64,000 nt of DNA, taken from assembly GCA_963720495.1 (NCBI GenBank), contig CAVRFU010000011.1, forward strand, positions 246 through 64,245, in the 5' to 3' direction. Position numbers and translations under genes: made by a program. This DNA comes from an uncultured Chloroflexia bacterium. GTDB lineage: Bacteria; Chloroflexota; Limnocylindria; Limnocylindrales; CSP1-4. Below are positions 58,271 through 64,000 of this stretch, piece after piece; position 1 is the stretch's first letter; the number at the start of each line of letters is the position of its first letter. The notes beneath the pieces are model-generated. The model worked only from the letters and a program-made list of their open reading frames with translations, did no database searches and was not told the DNA's origin.

Positions 58271-58310
58271 CGGACCGACCGACGCGCACCCGGGTGTAGC
58301 ATCCCCCGAC

Positions 58311-58387
58311 GGGGGAGTAGCTCAATCGGTCAGAGCGGCGGGCTTATATCCCGCTGGTTCCAGGTTCGAGTCCTGGCTCCCCTACCA
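58311..58387 (+). tRNA. tRNA with anticodon UAU (reads AUA, isoleucine), CCA encoded
   Basis: Hand-folded cloverleaf. Acceptor GGGGGAG/CTCCCCT (G1-U72 wobble). D arm GCTC-AATCGGTCA-GAGC. Anticodon arm GCGGG-CTTATAT-CCCGC, giving positions 34-36 TAT and A37. Variable loop TGGTT. T arm CCAGG-TTCGAGT-CCTGG. A73, CCA. Confidence 0.85.
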
Positions 58388-59146
58388 ACCGCGCCGGGCG
58401 TCCTCGGCGGCGGCCGTCCGGACGACCGCGACCAGGCGCGCCAGGCGACGCTCGGTCAGGCTCCGCTGACGGGGCAGCGACGCGATCCATGCCGGGACCT
58501 GGTCGCGGGTGATGACCGCGCAGGCCGACGACCGCGTGACGGGCGCGTCGGCGATCACGATCGCCGCGTGGACCCGTGCGATGAAGTCGAGGTCGGCCTC
58601 GCTGAGCTCGTGACGGAGGCGGTCGGCGTGGCGCGCCGCCCGATCCAGCGGTGGCTCGGTGGGCGTCCACCCGTACGCCGTCCGGGCTTCCCACGACGGA
58701 CCCGCCTGGCGGATCGCCGTGAGCGGAGCCATCTCGTGCAGGACCGCGACCCCGAACGACCCGACGACCAGCCGGGAACCGGGCCGTCCGTCGCGGCTTG
58801 GGCTGCCGTCGACGACGGAGACGTCGTCGGGCAGGCCGGCGAGGACACGGGCGAGCGGTGTGGGCCGGCCGGCGCCCGATCGCATGCCCGTCAGAGAGGC
58901 GGCCAGCCGGCCGGCACCCGACACCAGCAGGCTGCCCCCGGCCGCGATCGCCAGGGCCCAGACGAGCAGGGCGGCCGACGAGGAGGATCCGGCAGCGCCG
59001 CCCGGCATCGCCCGCGCGACGAACGGCGTCTGGATGGTCAGGACCGCGAGGGTGACACCCGTGACGGCGAGCGCCGCACCGAGGAGCGTCCCGGTCAGCG
59101 GCGAGGCGGTCTGTCCGTCGGGGCGGGACGAGGCGGTGGGATCCAT
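58382..59146 (-). CDS. membrane protein with a NERD-like (nuclease-related) domain
   Basis: Two TM helices, then RLVVGSFGVAVLHEM...W...PLDRAARHADRLRHEL...VHAAIVIAD. This resembles the NERD pattern (DhlvvgpxGvfviexK ... W ... Pl.q..r....l). Start at MDPTASS (59146). The stop overlaps the tRNA 3' end by 6 nt on the other strand. Confidence 0.45.
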   Translation of the reverse strand: MDPTASSRPDGQTASPLTGTLLGAALAVTGVTLAVLTIQTPFVARAMPGGAAGSSSSAALLVWALAIAAGGSLLVSGAGRLAASLTGMRSGAGRPTPLARVLAGLPDDVSVVDGSPSRDGRPGSRLVVGSFGVAVLHEMAPLTAIRQAGPSWEARTAYGWTPTEPPLDRAARHADRLRHELSEADLDFIARVHAAIVIADAPVTRSSACAVITRDQVPAWIASLPRQRSLTERRLARLVAVVRTAAAEDARRGW

Positions 59147-59397
59147 CGGGCGGAGCGTAGGGCCGGCCGCCTCCCGGGGGCCATGACGATTCCGGGCCAT
59201 CGACCCGCGGCGGTCGGACCATCCGCCGGCCCAGACCGCACTGCACCGTCCAGCGCCCGTTGACGCGGGACAACGGGCCACTCTCGCGGCCTACCTGACG
59301 GCGGTTTCGACCCGGACCCCCGTACCATTGCCCGCCCCCTCCCCGGCCGACATCCTCGAGCTGGCATCGGGCGTCGCCCGGGCCTGGAGGCTGATCC

Positions 59398-61017
59398 TTG
59401 CGCGTCGGGAATCGTCGTACGACAACAAAGGTGGCCTGGTGGCTCGGGGCAGTCGCCGCCGCCGCCCTGCTGCTGGCCGCGTTCGCGGCGCCGATGTCGG
59501 CCGCCCCGAACAAGACGAGCCTCTCCGCCGCCGTCGTCTCGCCACGAAACGGGACGACGGCGACCACGATCCTGATCAGCGCTGTCTATCGCAACGTCAG
59601 CGGATCTCGCGCGGACCGGGTGACGGTCCGCGTCGGCGGCAGCGACCACACGATGGTGCGGACGAGGATCGGCGCCTGGGGCACCGGCGTCACCTACGCG
59701 TGGTCGGGCACCCTGTCCGCAGGGACCCACACGGTGGTCATCTCGGCCACCGCGAACGACGGCAGCCAGGCGTCGCTCGCGGCCGGCACCGTCACGATCG
59801 CACCGGTCGCCACACCGACCCCGAAGCCGACGGCGACGCCGAAGCCCACGCCGGCGCCGACGCCCAGGCCGACCCCACGGCCCACGCCCGCGCCGACCAT
59901 CGAACCGCGAACCGCGCCCAGCCCGACGCCGCGGCCCACGCCCCGCCTGACTCCCCGGCCGACGGCCACCCAGCTCGTGCTCCCGCCGCCGACCGCGACG
60001 GCGGACCCGACGGCCGAACCGACGCCGACCACCGACCCGCTCGCCGGTGTGCCGCCGGTGGGACCGATCGTCGGCGACCCGACCGCGACGCCGGTCGTGA
60101 CGCCGCTCCTCCCGAGCGCGACCCCATCCGAGGGGCCGAGCGATCCGCCACAGGTGGCCATCGTCACCGGCACCGACCCGGGGAGCGGGTCCTCCGGGGG
60201 CTCGGCCGGCGGCTCGAACGGCCCGGCCGGCCCGGGCACGACCGGTCACGGCGGTCAGCCGGCCGCCTGGGGCCCCGTCGCGGCCGTCATGGCGATGACC
60301 GGTCTCCACGGCCCGACACTCCCCCCGATGGGGCTCGCACCGACGCTCGTGACGACGACCGGGGCCGTGACCGCGGCGATGGCGCTCGGCCTGTTCGGTC
60401 GCAAGCGCCGTGACGACGACCCGCCGGACGAGGGCGTCCTGGCCACGGCCGTGGCGGCCGGCGTCGGGGCCATCCCGCCGGGCGTGGCCTTCCCCGCCTC
60501 CGGCATCGGGGTCATCGACCGCCCGGAGCCCGGCGAGGAGGCCGGGGACGTCGCCGACATGGAGCTGCTGCTGCCACGCTGGCGGCGACCGTCGCTGCTC
60601 CTGGCCCGCAAGGCCGATCCGATCCGGGACTCGACGCCCGCGGCGCGCCTGACCTTCGATGCGGGCCTGGTCGGCCCGCTGGCCGGACGGGAGCGCCGGG
60701 TCATCCGCTACCGCGTGGTTCGCCTGCTCGACTCGCCGGACGAGCTGCGCGGGGCCGAGATCGGATACCTCGACCAGGGCGACGAGGTGCAGCTGATCGA
60801 GAAGTACGGCGCCTACTGGCTGGTCCTGAGCCCCGACGGCCAGCAGGGCTGGCTCCACAAGATGACCCTGAGCGACACGGCACAGGAAGAGGAGCCGGCG
60901 CCGGACATGCCCGTCGCGACGATGCCCGCGACACCGGAGACGTGGACGATGGGCGAGTCGGACCTCGACAGCGACGTCTTCGAGGCCTACCTCGAGTCGC
61001 GCCGCCGGCGAGGCTGA
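59398..61017 (+). CDS. single-pass surface protein: signal peptide, Ig-like domain, Pro/Thr-rich stalk, TM helix, cytoplasmic SH3-like domain
   Basis: TTG 59398 with GGAGG 7 nt upstream. Signal peptide [24 protein letters not shown] stalk. TM helix [19 protein letters not shown] followed by RKRRDDD. SH3-like segment [33 protein letters not shown]. Confidence 0.7.
   Translation: MRVGNRRTTTKVAWWLGAVAAAALLLAAFAAPMSAAPNKTSLSAAVVSPRNGTTATTILISAVYRNVSGSRADRVTVRVGGSDHTMVRTRIGAWGTGVTYAWSGTLSAGTHTVVISATANDGSQASLAAGTVTIAPVATPTPKPTATPKPTPAPTPRPTPRPTPAPTIEPRTAPSPTPRPTPRLTPRPTATQLVLPPPTATADPTAEPTPTTDPLAGVPPVGPIVGDPTATPVVTPLLPSATPSEGPSDPPQVAIVTGTDPGSGSSGGSAGGSNGPAGPGTTGHGGQPAAWGPVAAVMAMTGLHGPTLPPMGLAPTLVTTTGAVTAAMALGLFGRKRRDDDPPDEGVLATAVAAGVGAIPPGVAFPASGIGVIDRPEPGEEAGDVADMELLLPRWRRPSLLLARKADPIRDSTPAARLTFDAGLVGPLAGRERRVIRYRVVRLLDSPDELRGAEIGYLDQGDEVQLIEKYGAYWLVLSPDGQQGWLHKMTLSDTAQEEEPAPDMPVATMPATPETWTMGESDLDSDVFEAYLESRRRRG
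59806..60045 (+). repeat. low-complexity Pro/Thr/Lys/Arg-coding repeats ([28 protein letters not shown]...)
   Basis: Degenerate ccg-acS-ccS-aRg repeats visible directly in the nucleotide sequence. Coding, not CRISPR-like (no spacers). Confidence 0.8.
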
Positions 61018-61932
61018 CGCGCGCGTTCCTTGCGCAGCACCAGGATGTGCTGGTGGACGATGTTCGGGACGAAGGCGCGCGGGTAGCCGTACGGACGCAA
61101 CCGGCTGCCGGCCTGGTACCAGATCAGATCGCCCTTCGGGACGAAGCCGACCGCGCGCCGCCCGCGCGGCCAGGTCCGAGCCGGTGAAGAGGTATCGCCC
61201 GTCCTGGTAGGCGTCGCGCACGATGACGACCGCGTAGCGATCCTCCCGCAGCACGCGGAGCAGCTCGCCGAAGACCACCTCCATCCGGTCGAGGAAGGCC
61301 GGGTAGTCCGCGGCGTTGGCCAGATCGAGCGGTGAGTCGGTGACCATCGCGTAGTCGGTCCGGCGATTGGCGTGCGCGACGGACAGGGGACCGCCGGCCA
61401 TCGTCATCGGCAGCTGCAGGTTGTACGGCGGGTCCGTCGCGATGTGGTCGATCGATCCGGTCTCGATCGTGGGCAGGACGGCGAGCGCGTCGCCGACCCG
61501 CAGCTCGAGGCCGCCCGGATCGAAGCCTCGCACCCCGCCCGGGTCGGCCGTGCCCAGGTCGGCCAGCACCGGACCCGCGCCGTCGCGCTCACCGGCCAGC
61601 TCCCTGACGACCGAGTCGAAGACGGCCGCCCAGCGCGGCTCGAGCTCGATCCCCAGCGCGCGTCGGGGGCCGCGCGCGATGGCCGCCCCGAGCAGTGTGC
61701 CGCCGACGCCGGCGAACGGGTCCAGGACGAGGTCGCCGGTCTGGCTGAAGAACTCGATGAGCCGGGCCATCAGGCGCGGCGGCTTGTTGGCGCCGTGCAC
61801 CCGTCGCGCGGCGTGACCGAGCTCCGACGGGTAGGCCGTCGTCAGCAGCGACTTGGTGAAGTACAGCCACTCCTCGCCCGGCAGGTCGTTCAGGGTGTTG
61901 GCCGGATGGGGCGCGTTCCGTGCGACGGTCAT
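60987..61932 (-). pseudogene. DNA methyltransferase (N6-adenine/N4-cytosine family, DPPY motif), frame broken near 61150-61165
   Basis: VLDPFAGVGGT (AdoMet motif I) and HIATDPPYNL (motif IV) in the frame of ORF 59095..63822 down to ...GSDLAARA. The conserved C-terminus AVGFVPKGDLIWYQAGSRLRPYGYPRAFVPNIVHQHILVLRKE reads in frame +1 and stops at 60987-60989. Confidence 0.8.
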
Positions 61933-61971
61933 GACGGCCAGCCTAGCCCACGCGGCCCGTAGAATGCGGCC

Positions 61972-64000
61972 ATGCCCGCCCAGTACACGAGCGAGCGGTT
62001 CGTCGGCCGCGATGAGGCGTTCGAGCGCCTGGCGGCGCGCCTCGACGACGCCGCCGGTGGCCGGTCGCGGACGATGATCGTCACGGGCACGTCGGGCGTC
62101 GGCGTCACCCGGTTCCTCGACGAGGCGACGGTCCGCATGCAGGCCCTCACCCAGCCGATGACCGTCCTGCGGGCCACGGCCTGGATCGGCGGCGTGGACG
62201 AGCCGTACGGCGCGATCGTCCGGGCCATCGGCCCGGCGCTCCGGGCGTTGCCCGACGACGTCCTGGCGGACCGGCTGGGCTCCGGCGCCTCGGAGGTCGT
62301 CCGCCTCCTGCCCGACCTGGGCGACCGGCTCGAGCCCAGCGGCGCCTGGACCGGCGACCGGAGCGTCACCGCGCCCGAACGACGGCAGGCCCGGACGCTG
62401 GAGAGCATCCTGGGCGTGCTGGGCCGCCTGGGCGAGCACAGCCCGGTCCTGCTGGTCATCGAGGACCTCCACCGGGCCGACGCCGCCACCCGGGCGCTCG
62501 TCACGTTCCTGGCCCGGATCTCGCGCGACCAGCGGCTGGCGATCGTGGGCACGTTCCAGCCGGACGTCGTCGGGCGCGACGACCCGTGGCTGGCGGACCT
62601 CGCCGCGATCACGTCCAGCCCGCGGCCCCCCACCCGGCTCGACCTCCCACCGCTCGATCGCGACGAGCTGGCCGCGCTGATCGAGGGCATCCAGGGCGAG
62701 CGCGCCTCGGCCAGCCTGCTGCTCCTGGTGGCCGAACGGTCGGGTGGCCTGCCGCTCGTCGCGGAGGAGCTCCTGGCGGCCCGACGGGAGCTGCCGAGCA
62801 GCTCGCTGACCGGATCGTTCGACGACCTCGTGATCGCCCGGATGGCGATCCGCTCGGTCGAATGCCGGCGCGTGGCCCGGCTGATCGCGCTCGCCGAGCG
62901 GCCCCTGGATCGGCTGCAGCTCGCGGCCCTGGCCGCCGCCTACGAGCTCGGCACGGACCGGTCGGCGCCGCGCTCGGTGAGCGGCCCGCGCGCGGGTGAC
63001 GGCGTCCTGGACGCGGACCTCCTGGCGGGTCTCGAGGAGGCCGTCGCGAACGGCTTCCTGGTCGAGACCGAGGAGGGGATCGCCGTCCGCCACGAGGGGA
63101 TCGGCCGGGCGATCGCCAACGACCTCCTGCCGATCGCGCGGACGCGCAACCACGCGGCGCTGGCGATGAGCCTCGACGGACCACCGTCGGTCATCGTCAG
63201 CCACTGGCTCGCGGCACACGAGCCGGCGGCCGCCCGCGCGGCCGCCATCGACGCCGCCGCCTTCGCCGGCGCCCGGCATGCCGCCGCCGACGAGCTCGCC
63301 GCGCTCGAGCTCGCTCTGTCGCTGTCGGACACGCCCGCCACGGCCGGTCGGGGCGACCATCGCCGGTCCGGACCGTCGGACCTGGTCGACCTGCAGGTCC
63401 GCGCCTCCGAGGCGGCCTTCGCCACGGGCCGGACGGCGCGGGCCACGAGCTTCCTCGAGGCGGCCATCGGCGGGCTCGACGCGCGCAAGGATCGCGTCCA
63501 GCTGGGCCTGCTCCACGGCCGCCTGGGTGTCATCCGGCGCGCGGCCGGCGACCCGGCCGGGGCGATGCTGGCGGCCCGCCGCGCCGTCGAGCTCGTGCCC
63601 CGGGACGTGTCGCCGGAACGGGCCACGGTCCTCGCCACGCTCGCCCAGCTGAAGATGCTCGACGGGATCTTCTCCGACGCCCAGCGGCTCGCCCGGGAGG
63701 CGATCCGGGTCGCGCGCGCGTGCGACCCGCCCGCCGACAGCCAGGACGTGCACGCCACGACGACTCTCGCGGTGGCGCTCGCCTGGGGCAGCGACCCGAA
63801 CGCCGCCATCGACCTGCTCCACCAGGCCGAGGTCGGGGCGACCGCCCTCGACGATCCCGAGGCGCTCTTCCGGATCCGGGCCAACCTGACCACGGTCCTC
63901 GACCTGGTCGGCCGGCGGGCCGAGGCGGTCGACGTGGCGTACGCCGCGATCGAGGACGCCAAGCGGGTCGGGCTCGAGGCGGTCTACGGCAACTTCCTCG
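61972..64000 (+). CDS. large AAA/STAND-type ATPase regulator (MalT/LuxR-family-like N-terminus plus TPR-like helical repeats), 3' end beyond the window
   Basis: Hand translation from ATG 61972 stays open to nt 64000; the ORF is absent from the track because no stop lies in the window. ERFVGRDEAFERL, P-loop-like VTGTSGVGVTR, Walker-B-like LLVIEDLHRADAATRAL, then Ala/Leu-rich helical repeats. Confidence 0.7.
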   Translation, partial: MPAQYTSERFVGRDEAFERLAARLDDAAGGRSRTMIVTGTSGVGVTRFLDEATVRMQALTQPMTVLRATAWIGGVDEPYGAIVRAIGPALRALPDDVLADRLGSGASEVVRLLPDLGDRLEPSGAWTGDRSVTAPERRQARTLESILGVLGRLGEHSPVLLVIEDLHRADAATRALVTFLARISRDQRLAIVGTFQPDVVGRDDPWLADLAAITSSPRPPTRLDLPPLDRDELAALIEGIQGERASASLLLLVAERSGGLPLVAEELLAARRELPSSSLTGSFDDLVIARMAIRSVECRRVARLIALAERPLDRLQLAALAAAYELGTDRSAPRSVSGPRAGDGVLDADLLAGLEEAVANGFLVETEEGIAVRHEGIGRAIANDLLPIARTRNHAALAMSLDGPPSVIVSHWLAAHEPAAARAAAIDAAAFAGARHAAADELAALELALSLSDTPATAGRGDHRRSGPSDLVDLQVRASEAAFATGRTARATSFLEAAIGGLDARKDRVQLGLLHGRLGVIRRAAGDPAGAMLAARRAVELVPRDVSPERATVLATLAQLKMLDGIFSDAQRLAREAIRVARACDPPADSQDVHATTTLAVALAWGSDPNAAIDLLHQAEVGATALDDPEALFRIRANLTTVLDLVGRRAEAVDVAYAAIEDAKRVGLEAVYGNFL

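Noticed and set aside
58271-59400. Integrase or attachment-site repeat next to the tRNA, which would define a genomic island
   Set aside because: No tyrosine or serine recombinase motifs appear in any frame nearby. I found no second copy of the tRNA 3' end in the window and no visible compositional shift.
59806-60045. Repetitive DNA that might be a CRISPR array or a minisatellite
   Set aside because: The repeats are degenerate 6-12 nt Pro/Thr codon units inside an open reading frame, without unique spacers. This is coding low complexity. The same applies to the 3 x 18-nt repeat at 37482-37535.
59095-63822. 1575-aa minus-strand ORF, the longest in the track
   Set aside because: Arg/Gly/Pro/Asp-rich, motif-free translation typical of an open antisense frame in very GC-rich DNA. 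Only codons 61932-61160 (the DNA methyltransferase) look real. The rest is antisense to the surface-protein gene and the STAND ATPase gene.

Overview
Very GC-rich (by eye about 70 percent or more, not computed), densely coding chromosomal segment that looks like Actinomycetota or a similar high-GC lineage. It has GTG/TTG starts and many 1-4 nt stop/start overlaps (ATGA, GTGA, TGATG). I support about 60 protein genes and one tRNA, and found no rRNA, CRISPR array, transposase or integrase. Content from left to right: (1) 0-13.5 kb, miscellaneous metabolism: NUDIX hydrolase, aldehyde dehydrogenase, ppgK, SDR, ankyrin protein, GS-like ligase, fumC, flavin reductase, ComB-like protein, hydrolase, EthD, crotonase. 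(2) 13.5-20.1 kb, a phenylacetate (paa) cluster paaG-paaR-paaABCD-paaH-paaJ, with a promoter and an operator that fits the PaaR consensus. (3) 20.4-28.3 kb: fasciclin protein, ErpA, GGDEF cyclase, Lon-N protein, LigB dioxygenase, VOC protein, Moco oxidoreductase, GT2 plus a flippase-like protein. (4) 28.3-50.7 kb, the most interesting part. This is a large methylated-amine/betaine catabolic neighbourhood. It holds two non-pyrrolysine MttB-family methyltransferases, a TMADH/OYE-type flavoprotein, an enolase-superfamily enzyme, a peptide/opine-type ABC importer, a DMGDH-like gene, soxA-G-B-D and an iron alcohol dehydrogenase. No corrinoid partner protein is visible. (5) 50.7-64 kb: LLM oxidoreductase, MerR, GNAT, ATP-dependent DNA ligase, rhodanese, class V aminotransferase, a tRNA with anticodon UAU, a NERD-like protein, a PT-rich surface protein, an orphan DNA methyltransferase and a STAND/AAA regulator that runs off the window. 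A recurring anomaly is 14-15 single-nucleotide reading-frame breaks in otherwise well-conserved genes. Eight of them fall within 5 kb of the dmgdh-sox-ADH operon. This means either real pseudogenisation or local sequence/assembly errors. Many long Arg/Pro/Gly-rich ORFs in the track are high-GC artefacts and were not called.
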